Source: Candidatus Dormiibacterota bacterium (lineage in GTDB: Bacteria; Chloroflexota; Dormibacteria; Aeolococcales; Aeolococcaceae). From it: a stretch of 64,000 nucleotides of DNA. How positions within the stretch are numbered: the first letter of the stretch is position 1; every line of letters starts with the position of its first letter. A program made the translations under genes and the position numbers. The notes below the pieces were generated by a model, which worked only from the letters and a program-made list of their open reading frames with translations, searched no databases and was not told the DNA's origin. The stretch spans positions 1,984,001-2,048,000 of the forward strand of contig OY970355.1 of NCBI GenBank assembly GCA_963718525.1. The letters are read 5' to 3'. Below are positions 41,625-50,706 of the stretch, one piece after another.

Positions 41625-42752
41625 CTAGGCCTCTGACCAGCTGACAATCAACGCGTCGAGCGTCGCCACATCGAGCGGCCCGTCATCGCCGCGACGCTTC
41701 ACCTCGGCCGTCAGGCTGCGCAACCGGTCGTCGTCAAGCCGGACGCCGAGCGCGGTGGCCCGATTCCCGATCGCATGGCGGCCGGCGAGCCGGTGGCCCG
41801 CAAGGATGCTGCGCTCACGTCCAAAACGAGCGGGGTCCAGCACCTCATAGGCGCCGGGATCGAGCAGCACGGCCTTTGTGTGCATCCCGGCCTTGTGGTG
41901 GAACGCGGTCGGAGCGGTGACCGCCGCATTGAACGGGACAGCGATCCCGAGCATCTCCGCGAGCATCGCGTCGAGCTCGGGCAGCAGTTCGAGCCGGTAG
42001 TGATCGACCAGCTCGGGTTGGAGGGTCACCAGCCTCGCCATCATCGCGGAGAGCGGAACGATGCCATTGCGCTCCCCGATGCCGAGGATGGTCGTGTCGA
42101 TGTGGGTGGCCCCGGCCTCGAGTGCCGCGAGCGCGTTCGCCACCGCGCATCCCGTGTCGTCGTGGGCGTGAAACTCGATGTCGCAGCCGACATTCCGCCG
42201 GACCAGGGACACGAGATCGTGGACCTGGGGGGGAGTCGCGACCCCGACGGTGTCGGCGAGGCCGACACGGTCCACGCCCGCGCGGTCGATCGCGCGATAG
42301 ATGCGAACCAGGTCGTCGGGGTCGGATCGAAACGAATCCTCGGTGCTGAACCGCGCTTCGCGGCCGGCGCCGCGGATCTCGCCGATCACGGCTGTCCCGA
42401 CGTCGATGATCTCGTCGATGCTCATCCCGTGAGAGACGGGCCGGAGCCGGGACGATGTCGCGATCAGGACGTCGACGCCATCGACGCCGGTATCCACGGC
42501 GAGTCTCGCGTCGTCGAGATTGCATCGAACGTGGGTCAGGAGGCGGAAGCGCCGCTCGGTCCGTGCGAGCTCGCGAAGGTCCGACTCGGATTGCGGTGAC
42601 GCGACCGGCGACGTGAGCTCCATGTAATCGGCGCCGAATCGGTCGAGCGCCGCCGCGATGGCGAGCTTCTGCTCAATCGTGAAATGGGCGAGCGCGAACT
42701 GCTCGCCCTCACGGAGCGTGCTGTCGATGATCTGAAACGAGGTGATGCTCAT
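41625..42752 (-). CDS. hcs: homocitrate synthase
   Basis: DSTLREGEQF, FSTEDSFRS, HAHDDTG, GIGERNG, HKAGMH. Confidence 0.92.
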   Translation of the reverse strand: MSITSFQIIDSTLREGEQFALAHFTIEQKLAIAAALDRFGADYMELTSPVASPQSESDLRELARTERRFRLLTHVRCNLDDARLAVDTGVDGVDVLIATSSRLRPVSHGMSIDEIIDVGTAVIGEIRGAGREARFSTEDSFRSDPDDLVRIYRAIDRAGVDRVGLADTVGVATPPQVHDLVSLVRRNVGCDIEFHAHDDTGCAVANALAALEAGATHIDTTILGIGERNGIVPLSAMMARLVTLQPELVDHYRLELLPELDAMLAEMLGIAVPFNAAVTAPTAFHHKAGMHTKAVLLDPGAYEVLDPARFGRERSILAGHRLAGRHAIGNRATALGVRLDDDRLRSLTAEVKRRGDDGPLDVATLDALIVSWSEA

Positions 42753-42775
42753 GTTTTCCGTTTGTGGTGGTGGAC

Positions 42776-42808
42776 AAAAGAAAGAGCCCCTTCGAGGAAG
42801 GGGCTCTT
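42776..42808 (-). terminator. intrinsic (attenuator) terminator upstream of hcs
   Basis: 12-bp perfect stem AAGAGCCCCTTC/GAAGGGGCTCTT, 3-nt loop, followed by UCUUUU on the minus strand. Confidence 0.85.
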
Positions 42809-42841
42809 CGCGGAATCTGATCCGGTGCTACCTGGTCGCCG

Positions 42842-42919
42842 TCACCTCATCCGTGCGCAAAAGAACCCACTCCTCGGGAGCGAGACGGCTTTTTTGGCGA
42901 CGCGAACGGCTGTCGGCAT
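42842..42919 (-). CDS. putative lysine-operon leader peptide MPTAVRVAKKAVSLPRSGFFCARMR
   Basis: 25-aa ORF with tandem AAA AAA codons, lying between a promoter and a terminator. Confidence 0.75.
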   Translation of the reverse strand: MPTAVRVAKKAVSLPRSGFFCARMR

Positions 42920-42928
42920 GACCGGTGG

Positions 42929-42958
42929 AGCGTACCAGCGTTCGATTCTTCGCGTCAA
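42929..42958 (-). promoter_or_regulatory. sigma70-type promoter of the lys operon
   Basis: TTGACG-N18-TACGCT, 9 nt before the leader ATG. Confidence 0.7.
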
Positions 42959-42969
42959 CCACCTATCCT
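42941..42969 (+). promoter_or_regulatory. possible promoter of the his operon, overlapping the lys promoter
   Basis: TTCGAT-N17-TATCCT. Confidence 0.45.
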
Positions 42970-43013
42970 TTCGCAACCCCATGCAGAACGCAACGGCGAT
43001 CTCCTGACACCCT

Positions 43014-44063
43014 GTGTCGAAGTTCCTCCGTGCATCACTCGGCGCGGATTTTGGATACACGCCGGGCGAGCAACCCATGGATTCCGGCGGCTGGTTGAAG
43101 CTCAACAGCAACGAGTCACCGCTGCCTCCTTCGCCGTCTGTGGCGGCTGCGGTGGCCGCAGCGGCGGCCGGTCTGGCGCGATACCCCAGTCCTGTCGCAG
43201 AGCCTCTTCGGAGCGCGCTCGCCGGCCTGCACGGTGTCGATCCGGAGCAGGTGTTCGTCGCCAATGGCGCCGACCAGGTCCTCGATTGCTGTTTTCGCGC
43301 CTTTGCCTCGCCGGGTGACGCGGTCGTGCGCACCGAGCCGGGATACTCGCTGCTTCCTGTGCTCGCAGCGCTGTTCTCGACCCGCGATGTCGCGGTTGTC
43401 CTCAGTCCCGACGGCTCGATCCCAGCCGAGTTCGCTGTCCATCCTGCGGTGTTGCGGGTCGTCGTCAACCCGAATTCGCCCACCGGGAACTGGATTGAGC
43501 CGTCGATCCTGGAGGCGAACCTCGAGGGCGCTCCGGGAGTCGTCGCGATCGACGAGGCGTATTGCGATTTCGCACCCGCTTCGTGCGTGCCGCTGCTTCC
43601 CGCCAACGAGAACTGGCTGGTGATCCGCACCCTTTCGAAGTCCCATGCGCTGGCGGGACTTCGCGTCGGGTACGCGCTCGGCGATCGCGCGGTGATCGCC
43701 GACCTCAACGCGGTACGCGATTCGTATCCTGTCGATCGCTGCGCCATCGCCGGAGCGATCGCCGCCATCGAGGATCGCGAACACCACCGCTTGATCGTTG
43801 ACACGGTGCTTCGCGAGCGCGCGCGCCTGAGCGGCCATCTTCGTGCAATCGGTTGGAAGGTGGAGCCGTCATATGCGAATTTCGTGCTGACGTCGCCGCC
43901 ACCGGGAATCACCGCGGCAGCGGCCGCGGCGAGGCTGCGAGAGGTGCGGATCCTCGTCCGTCACTTCACGGTTCCAGGCCTCGACAACACCCTCCGGATC
44001 ACCATCGGGGATGGCCCGGCGACTGATCACCTGCTCGCCGCAATCTCAAGCCTGGGCGGGTGA
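43014..44063 (+). CDS. hisC: histidinol-phosphate aminotransferase
   Basis: YTPGEQP, KLNSNESP, NPNSPTG, DEAY, RTLSKSHALAGLRVG. Confidence 0.93.
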   Translation: MSKFLRASLGADFGYTPGEQPMDSGGWLKLNSNESPLPPSPSVAAAVAAAAAGLARYPSPVAEPLRSALAGLHGVDPEQVFVANGADQVLDCCFRAFASPGDAVVRTEPGYSLLPVLAALFSTRDVAVVLSPDGSIPAEFAVHPAVLRVVVNPNSPTGNWIEPSILEANLEGAPGVVAIDEAYCDFAPASCVPLLPANENWLVIRTLSKSHALAGLRVGYALGDRAVIADLNAVRDSYPVDRCAIAGAIAAIEDREHHRLIVDTVLRERARLSGHLRAIGWKVEPSYANFVLTSPPPGITAAAAAARLREVRILVRHFTVPGLDNTLRITIGDGPATDHLLAAISSLGG

Positions 44064-44090
44064 ATTCAGAGTGGCACGTAGAATCCGCGC

Positions 44091-45338
44091 ATGACAGGCC
44101 TCGACGCGCTGCCACCGGGCGCATCGGTTCGGCGGCGCGCCGATGGCTTCAGCGACTACCTCGTCGGGCCCGCGGCGCGCCGCCGGATCCTCACCGATCG
44201 GTTCATCGAGACCTTCGAGGCATGGGGCTACGGGTTCATGGTCACCCCGCTCATCGAACCGCTCGACACCATCGCCGCGGGCGTGGGTGGTGCCCAGCAA
44301 TCGGCCCTGTTCCGATTCATGGATTCGGACGGCGCGCTGCTGGCGCTCGTGGGCGAACGCACCGTGAGTGTCGCTCGCGTGGTCGCAACCCAGCTGCAGG
44401 AAGGCCCGTTCCCGCTGCGGCTCTGCTATGCGGGGTCGGTGCTGCGCAACCAGGCGCCCGATGGAGGACGGCGCCGCGAGAGCCTCCAGGCGGGCTGCGA
44501 GCTGATCGGCGCGGGAGGTCTGGCCGCCGACGCCGAGTGCATCGCCCTCGCGGCGGCCGCGCTCGAGCACGGCGGCATGGACCACATCCAGGTGGATGTC
44601 GGCCACGCGGATTTCATCCCGGGTCTGCTGGACTCGGCGGGATTGGACCCCGTCGCGCGCGAGGAGGTGCTGGCCGCCCTCGCCCGGCGCGATCTGGTTG
44701 CGGTCGAATCCGCGCTGGAAGGCACCGAAGCAGCGGACGCAGAACGGCGCCTGCTGCTTGCGTTTCCGACGCTTCGCGGCGGGCGCGAAATTCTCGAGAC
44801 TGCGGCCGGCGGACTCCGCGGCGATCGGCCGCACCGCGCCCTGCAGGAGCTCGCTCAGCTCTGGGATCTGTTGGATGCGCATGCCATCACCGACCGGGTG
44901 CATCTCGACCTCGGTGCCGTCCGCGACTGGGGGTACTACACCGGACCGACGTTCGAGGTGTTCAGCGACAACTCGGGCTTCGCCCTCGGTTCGGGAGGAC
45001 GGTACGACACGCTGCTGTCTCGATTCGGCACAGCACTCCCGGCGACCGGCTTTGTCCTCCATGTTGACCGCTGCCACGACAGCATCGCTCGTCGCGCGGG
45101 GACCGTTGCGGGGTCCGGTGCGCTGCAGGTCAGCTGGGACAACCACGCGCATGGTGAGGCGCTCGAATTGGCGCGCCGTCTGCGCACCCGCGGAGTCGCC
45201 TGTGCGTGTGACCTCGACGCAGGCGGTGACGGTGCTGTCCGCGTGTCGGCCTCGGGTGTGCGCTGGTCGAGCTTCGGGCGCGATGAACTCGGCACCGTCG
45301 ACGCTGCGGTGGCCGCACTGGTGTCGCGGCTATCGTGA
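44091..45338 (+). CDS. hisZ: ATP phosphoribosyltransferase regulatory subunit
   Basis: HisRS-like fold (RLCYAG, QAGCELIG, YYTG, GGRYD) next to a short hisG. Confidence 0.9.
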   Translation: MTGLDALPPGASVRRRADGFSDYLVGPAARRRILTDRFIETFEAWGYGFMVTPLIEPLDTIAAGVGGAQQSALFRFMDSDGALLALVGERTVSVARVVATQLQEGPFPLRLCYAGSVLRNQAPDGGRRRESLQAGCELIGAGGLAADAECIALAAAALEHGGMDHIQVDVGHADFIPGLLDSAGLDPVAREEVLAALARRDLVAVESALEGTEAADAERRLLLAFPTLRGGREILETAAGGLRGDRPHRALQELAQLWDLLDAHAITDRVHLDLGAVRDWGYYTGPTFEVFSDNSGFALGSGGRYDTLLSRFGTALPATGFVLHVDRCHDSIARRAGTVAGSGALQVSWDNHAHGEALELARRLRTRGVACACDLDAGGDGAVRVSASGVRWSSFGRDELGTVDAAVAALVSRLS

Positions 45339-45988
45339 AAGGTCTGCGTGTCGCGCTCCCGGGTGGAACGCTGTTCGATGCCGCCTGCAGTCTCTTGAAT
45401 GCTGCGGGGATCGCACGCCTCGATCCGGCGCGGTTCGACCGGGAGCTGAGCGTTCGAGACGGGGACGACACCTACGTGAAGGTACGGCCGACGGACGTGC
45501 CCGTATACGTGGAGATGGGTGGCTGCGAGTGCGGCATCGTCGGCAAGGACGTGCTCTGGGAGAGCAGCCGCGAGTGCTATGAGCTCGCCGACCTCGGCTT
45601 CGGTCAGTGCCGCCTCGTGCTCGCCGCGCCCCGCAACTCGGCGCTCGCGCAGGGAGCGTGGCCGCAGTCACTGCGGGTGGCCACCAAGTACCCCGAGTCG
45701 GCGCGGCGCTTCTTCGCCGCGCGCTCGCTCAACGTCGTGGTCATCCGCCTGCACGGGTCCGTCGAGCTCGCGCCGCTGACGGGCCTGGCCGATTGTGTGC
45801 TCGACATCACCGCGACCGGACGGACGCTGGCCGCAAACAACCTCGTCGAGATCGTCGAGGCGGGAGCGTCGACCGCTCGGTTCATCGCCAACCATGCAGC
45901 GCTCAAGACGCGCAACGAGTCGGTGGCGGCAATCGCCGTCGCGCTGAGGAGTGCCGCGGCAGAACGCCTCACCAAGGGAGCCGCGTGA
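45335..45988 (+). CDS. hisG: ATP phosphoribosyltransferase (short form)
   Basis: DVPVYVE, GIVGKD, VATKYP, GSVELAP. Confidence 0.95.
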   Translation: MKGLRVALPGGTLFDAACSLLNAAGIARLDPARFDRELSVRDGDDTYVKVRPTDVPVYVEMGGCECGIVGKDVLWESSRECYELADLGFGQCRLVLAAPRNSALAQGAWPQSLRVATKYPESARRFFAARSLNVVVIRLHGSVELAPLTGLADCVLDITATGRTLAANNLVEIVEAGASTARFIANHAALKTRNESVAAIAVALRSAAAERLTKGAA

Positions 45989-47328
45989 GCATCGAGCTGG
46001 CGCGCCTCGACCCTGCGCAATTCCGAGCAGTCATCGTCGAGCGCCGGCGCGAGGGCTTCTCCGCGTCCGACATCGACGCGGCGAGCTCGGAACGCCTCGA
46101 GCAACTCTTCCACCGCCCGATCGGCGCTCGTGATGCGGTGCGCGAGATCATCGCCGACGTCCGAACCGGTGGCGACGCCGCGCTCCGCGAGTGGACCTAC
46201 CGGATCGACGGCGTCGATGTCGAGGTGGCGCATGTCGAACCCGCGGCGATGGAGGCGGCGTGGCGTGGACTCGAGCAGCCGCTTCGCAACGCGCTCGCCG
46301 CCGCTGCTGAGCGGCTGCGCGAATTCCATGCCCTGCAGGTGGACGTGCTCGATCGCGGGGCGGGTGGAGCGTGGCTCCGTCCCGTGCCACTCGGACGAGT
46401 CGGCTGCTACGTTCCCGGAGGCCGCGCAGCCTATCCCAGCACCGTCCTCATGTCGGTGATCCCGGCGCAGGTTGCGGGCGTCGAGCACATCGTGGTCACG
46501 AGCCCGCCGGCACCATCTGGTGGGGTTCATCCGCTGGTTGCGGCGGCGGCGCATCTGCTCGGGGTGCGCGATGTCGTCGCCGCGGGCGGGGCGCAGGCCA
46601 TCGCCGCGCTCGCCTTCGGCACCGAGAGCATCGAGCAGGTCGACAAGATCGTGGGACCCGGCAATGCTTTCGTGACGCTCGCAAAGCACGAGGTATTCGG
46701 AGCCGTCGGCATCGACCAGCTCGCGGGGCCGAGCGAAATTGTGGTCATCGCCACCGACGGCGCCGACGCGGAGATGGTCGCCGCAGACCTTGTGTCGCAG
46801 CTCGAGCATGATCCGCTCGCGTGGGCGGTCTGCCTCACCGACGATGGCGTGCTCGGCAACTCGATCGCGGCGGCGTTTGGCGAAGTGGCCGGCGACGCGG
46901 CGAGACGCGCCATCATCGCCGCGGCCGCGGGCAGGCATGCAGCGGTGGTGCGTTGCGAATCACCGGAGGAGATGGTCACGCTGGCCGCCGCATTCGCCCC
47001 CGAGCACCTGTCGCTCCAGGGCAGGGTTGCCGAATCGCTGCGTGACTCCGTGCGCAACGCGGGTGCGGTCTTCGTGGGGTCGATGTCCCCGGTGAGCATC
47101 GGAGATTACATTGCGGGACCGAACCACACGTTGCCAACCCAGGGCGCAGCGCGATATCGCGGCCCCCTGGCGGTGATGGACTTCATCCGGTGGCCGAGCG
47201 TGGTCCATCTCTCGGACGTGGAGTTCGACGCGCTGGCGCCGGTGGCGATCTGCCTCGCCGAGGCCGAGGGACTGGCCGCTCATGAGGCGGCGCTTCGGGC
47301 GCGCATGCGCGTCCGGCAGCAGTCATGA
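45985..47328 (+). CDS. hisD: histidinol dehydrogenase
   Basis: YVPGGRAAYPS, GPGN, AGPSE, QLEHD, APEHL, GDYIAGPNHTLPT. Confidence 0.95.
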   Translation: MSIELARLDPAQFRAVIVERRREGFSASDIDAASSERLEQLFHRPIGARDAVREIIADVRTGGDAALREWTYRIDGVDVEVAHVEPAAMEAAWRGLEQPLRNALAAAAERLREFHALQVDVLDRGAGGAWLRPVPLGRVGCYVPGGRAAYPSTVLMSVIPAQVAGVEHIVVTSPPAPSGGVHPLVAAAAHLLGVRDVVAAGGAQAIAALAFGTESIEQVDKIVGPGNAFVTLAKHEVFGAVGIDQLAGPSEIVVIATDGADAEMVAADLVSQLEHDPLAWAVCLTDDGVLGNSIAAAFGEVAGDAARRAIIAAAAGRHAAVVRCESPEEMVTLAAAFAPEHLSLQGRVAESLRDSVRNAGAVFVGSMSPVSIGDYIAGPNHTLPTQGAARYRGPLAVMDFIRWPSVVHLSDVEFDALAPVAICLAEAEGLAAHEAALRARMRVRQQS

Positions 47329-47915
47329 CGGCAGCGATGCGGACGGCCACAAAGCGGCGTGACACTCGTGAGACGCAGATCAGCGCACGCGTGAACATCG
47401 ATGGCGCAGGCGCTGCCGCGATCACGCTCCCGCTGCCCTTCTTCAAGCACATGATCGAGGCCTTCACCAAATACAGCGGCATGGACGTGACGCTCGACGG
47501 CGCCGGCGACATCGAGGTCGATGCGCATCACCTCGTTGAGGATGCCGGGCTCGTGCTGGGTGCGACCGTGAGCGAAGCGCTCGGCGACCGCGACGGCATC
47601 CGACGGTTCGGAGAAGCGCATGCGCCGCTGGACGAGTCACTGGTGCGCTGCGCGGTCGACTACGGACGGCGCCCGCACGTGGTGTACGCGATGGATCAGC
47701 TGCGCGGACGCATCAACGATTTCGACGTCGAGGTCATCTCCGAGTTCATCAAGGGATATGCTCAGGCCGCGGGCGCGACGATCCACGTGGACTGCATTCG
47801 AGGCGACAATCCCCACCACATCGCGGAGGCCGCCTTCAAGGCGCTCGGCCTCGCCACGCGCCAGGCATTTCAGGTGATCGGCGGCGGCGTCCCATCGACG
47901 AAGGGCACGCTGTGA
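47325..47915 (+). CDS. hisB: imidazoleglycerol-phosphate dehydratase
   Basis: DAHHLVED, HHIAEAAFKA, PSTKG. Confidence 0.96.
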   Translation: MTAAMRTATKRRDTRETQISARVNIDGAGAAAITLPLPFFKHMIEAFTKYSGMDVTLDGAGDIEVDAHHLVEDAGLVLGATVSEALGDRDGIRRFGEAHAPLDESLVRCAVDYGRRPHVVYAMDQLRGRINDFDVEVISEFIKGYAQAAGATIHVDCIRGDNPHHIAEAAFKALGLATRQAFQVIGGGVPSTKGTL

Positions 47916-48556
47916 TGGCGCGAGTCGGCATCTGCGACTACGGCGTCGGCAATCTGCGCAGCGTGGAGCGTGCGCTCCGCGTTGCCGGCGCAGAGCCGGT
48001 GATCAGCAGCGACGCGGACGTGATCGTTGCGTGCGACGGTGTGGTGCTTCCCGGAGTCGGCGCATTCTCTGTCGCCGCACGGGCGCTGGCGGAGACCGGG
48101 CTTGGCGACGCGGTGCGTGAGTTGGCGCGCCTCGAGCGGCCGGTCCTCGGCGTGTGCCTCGGCCATCAGCTGCTGTTCGAGAGCAGCGACGAAGGGCATG
48201 GCGGCGAGGGGCTCGCGCTGCTTCGCGGACGCGTCGTGAAGCTCTCGGCGGCCAACGGGCTCAAGGTGCCGCACATGGGTTGGAACACCGTCACGACCGT
48301 GCGAGCATCGAGCCTGCTGAAGGGAATCGCGTCGGGCTCGTACATGTACTTCGTGCACTCGTACAGCGCGGTTCCCGCGCCGGACGACATCCTGGCGATC
48401 ACGGAGTATGGAGCGGAGCTCGCGGCCGCGGTCGAGCGCGGCGCGGTCATGGGGACCCAGTTCCACCCCGAGAAGAGTGGGGAGGCAGGATTGCGCATCT
48501 ACGCGAACTTCGTCTCGCTGTGCGGCGTGCGCGTGCCGGCGCAGCGCGCCGGATGA
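47912..48556 (+). CDS. hisH: imidazole glycerol phosphate synthase, glutaminase subunit
   Basis: DYGVGNLRSV, LPGVG, GVCLG, QFHPEKS. Confidence 0.96.
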   Translation: MMARVGICDYGVGNLRSVERALRVAGAEPVISSDADVIVACDGVVLPGVGAFSVAARALAETGLGDAVRELARLERPVLGVCLGHQLLFESSDEGHGGEGLALLRGRVVKLSAANGLKVPHMGWNTVTTVRASSLLKGIASGSYMYFVHSYSAVPAPDDILAITEYGAELAAAVERGAVMGTQFHPEKSGEAGLRIYANFVSLCGVRVPAQRAG

Positions 48557-48559
48557 TCC

Positions 48560-49294
48560 ATGGACGTCATTCCTGCCGTTGACGTGCAGGGGGGCCGTTG
48601 CGTACGGCTCCGTCAGGGCGAACATGTGCGAGCGACGGTCTATGCCGATGATCCGCTGGTTGCGGCGCAGCGGTTCATCGCCGCGGGTGCCACTCGAATG
48701 CATGTGGTCGACCTGGACGCCGCTCGAGGTTTTCCGGTGGAGCGGAGTGTCGCCGCCGTCACGCGGATCGTTGCCGCGTGTGTGGCGGCGGGCTGCGCGG
48801 TGCAGGTCGGCGGGGGCATTCGCAATGTCGATGCCGCGACCCGCTGGCTCGACGCCGGAGTCTCGCTCGTCATCCTGGGGAGCGTGGCGGCGCGAGACCC
48901 GGCCCTCGCGCGCACGATCTGCGACATCGCACATGGCCGGGTTCTGCTCGGACTGGATGTTCGCGCCGGGGTCGCTCGAGTTGAGGGGTGGACCGAGGAC
49001 GGCTCCACTCCGGCGGAGCTGCTTCGGGCGTGGCGGACCTGGCCCGCCGCGGGGGTCGTGTATACGGACACGACCCGAGATGGGCTGCTGGCAGGCCCGG
49101 ATCTCGACGGGCTCCGGACATGTCTCGAGCTGTATGGGGGACCGGTGATCGAATCCGGCGGCATCGGCAGCCTGGAAGACATCAGCGCGTGTGCCGCCGC
49201 CGGGGCTTCCGGTGTCATCATCGGCAAGGCGCTGTACGAAGGTCGAATCGACTTCGCGAGCGCGCTTCGCGCCGGTGGAAACGAGGGCCGATGA
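48560..49294 (+). CDS. hisA: ProFAR isomerase
   Basis: [27 protein letters not shown]. Confidence 0.94.
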   Translation: MDVIPAVDVQGGRCVRLRQGEHVRATVYADDPLVAAQRFIAAGATRMHVVDLDAARGFPVERSVAAVTRIVAACVAAGCAVQVGGGIRNVDAATRWLDAGVSLVILGSVAARDPALARTICDIAHGRVLLGLDVRAGVARVEGWTEDGSTPAELLRAWRTWPAAGVVYTDTTRDGLLAGPDLDGLRTCLELYGGPVIESGGIGSLEDISACAAAGASGVIIGKALYEGRIDFASALRAGGNEGR

Positions 49295-50049
49295 CCCTCG
49301 CCAAGCGTGTCATTCCATGCCTCGACGTCATCGCGGGGCGCGTGATGAAGGGAGTCGCGTTCGTCGACCTGCGCGACGCCGGTGATCCTGCGGAGCTCGC
49401 GGCTCGCTATGACCAGGACGGCGCGGACGAGCTCGTCTTCCTCGACATCACGGCGTCGAGCGACGGCCGCGCCATCCTTCTTGACGCAGTGCAGCGTACT
49501 GCCGACCGGGTCTTCATCCCGCTCACCGTCGGGGGCGGCGTGCGCACGATGGCCGACATCGACGTGCTCCTCCGCGCGGGTGCGGACAAGGTGTCCATCA
49601 ACACCGCGGCGCTCGACGAGCCGAAACTCATCGAGGACGCCGCCAATCGATTCGGCCGCCAGTGTGTCGTGATCGCCATCGATGCGAGACAGACCGAGTC
49701 GGGCCACGAGGTCTATTCCCACGGCGGTCGCCGCGCCACCGGCCGAGCCGCGGTGGCATGGGCGCGGGAGGCCGCCGAGCGAGGCGCCGGCGAGATCCTG
49801 CTCACGTCGATGGACCGCGACGGGACCAAGCATGGGTACGACCTGGAGCTGACGGCAGCGGTCACCGCCGCTGTGACCATCCCGGTCATCGCCAGCGGTG
49901 GCGCCGGCAACCCCGAGCACTTGCGAAGCGTCCTGAGCGACGCGGGCGCCGCCGCCGCACTTGCCGCGTCCATCTTCCATTTCGACGCGCACCCGGTACC
50001 GGCGACCAAGCGATATCTGCACGAGCACGGCATTGAGGTGCGGTTGTGA
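49291..50049 (+). CDS. hisF: imidazole glycerol phosphate synthase, cyclase subunit
   Basis: [24 protein letters not shown]. Confidence 0.96.
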   Translation: MTLAKRVIPCLDVIAGRVMKGVAFVDLRDAGDPAELAARYDQDGADELVFLDITASSDGRAILLDAVQRTADRVFIPLTVGGGVRTMADIDVLLRAGADKVSINTAALDEPKLIEDAANRFGRQCVVIAIDARQTESGHEVYSHGGRRATGRAAVAWAREAAERGAGEILLTSMDRDGTKHGYDLELTAAVTAAVTIPVIASGGAGNPEHLRSVLSDAGAAAALAASIFHFDAHPVPATKRYLHEHGIEVRL

Positions 50050-50387
50050 GCGACGCTCAGCAGCCGCGCTTCGGGGAGGATGGGCTGATCACGGCGGTCG
50101 TGCAGGACGCGACGACTGCCGATGTGCTGATGGTCGCCCACATGAATCGAGAGGCGTGGGACGCGACGCTGCGGACACATCGCGCGACGTTCTTCAGCCG
50201 CTCGCGACAGCGCCTGTGGGAAAAGGGCGAGACGAGCGGGAACACCATGCATGTGCGAGCGGTTCGCATTGACTGCGACGGTGATGCGGTGCTGCTGCAG
50301 GTCGACGCGGATGGCCCTGCGTGTCATACGGGCGAGCGCTCGTGCTTCTTCACCGAGGTCAGTGACGTGCAGCGACCGAGTCCCTGA
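50046..50387 (+). CDS. hisI: phosphoribosyl-AMP cyclohydrolase (monofunctional)
   Basis: [30 protein letters not shown]. Confidence 0.96.
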   Translation: MSDAQQPRFGEDGLITAVVQDATTADVLMVAHMNREAWDATLRTHRATFFSRSRQRLWEKGETSGNTMHVRAVRIDCDGDAVLLQVDADGPACHTGERSCFFTEVSDVQRPSP

Positions 50388-50396
50388 ATACGAAAG

Positions 50397-50426
50397 TTGA
50401 CTCACGCAGTGGAGATTCCGTAGGAT
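50397..50426 (+). promoter_or_regulatory. sigma70-type promoter of the sulfur assimilation operon
   Basis: TTGACT-N18-TAGGAT. Confidence 0.65.
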
Positions 50427-50436
50427 GGCCAACCAG

Positions 50437-50526
50437 ATGAACGGCGCGGATCTCCCTACGCTGACTCGGCGTTTCTGGCTCGACTGGGGACGTTTCCGCT
50501 CGGGCATCGCATTCTGTAGCAGCTAG
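50437..50526 (+). CDS. putative leader peptide MNGADLPTLTRRFWLDWGRFRSGIAFCSS
   Basis: 29-aa ORF 10 nt after the -10 box, within a ~280-nt leader ahead of sulfite reductase. Confidence 0.5.
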   Translation: MNGADLPTLTRRFWLDWGRFRSGIAFCSS

Positions 50527-50706
50527 TACTCCGTGTTGAGGCGCCGGGGTGCCTCGCCGGCGAGCCGCGGCAACCGTGCCGCTCCCAAGCAGTACAAGCC
50601 AAGACGCGCGATTTCGCCGCGCGTCAACACCAGGTCACAACAGAACAGCAATGCCCGGGACACCGAGCCGTTTCCGACCGCTCACCGGCGTGGAGTCGCG
50701 CTGACC

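Noticed and set aside
39870-42752. leuA/leuC/leuD leucine genes or arg genes
   Set aside because: Homocitrate-synthase motifs, linkage to lysW/lysX and the Lys-Lys leader favour lysine synthesis
42960-43013. Histidine attenuator or T-box
   Set aside because: No His-codon run, terminator or T-box motif seen
50427-50706. SAM riboswitch upstream of the sulfur operon
   Set aside because: SAM-I/IV consensus blocks (ATCxAGAG ... GGCAACC ... GGTGC ... AGATGA in order) are not present; only an isolated GGCAACC
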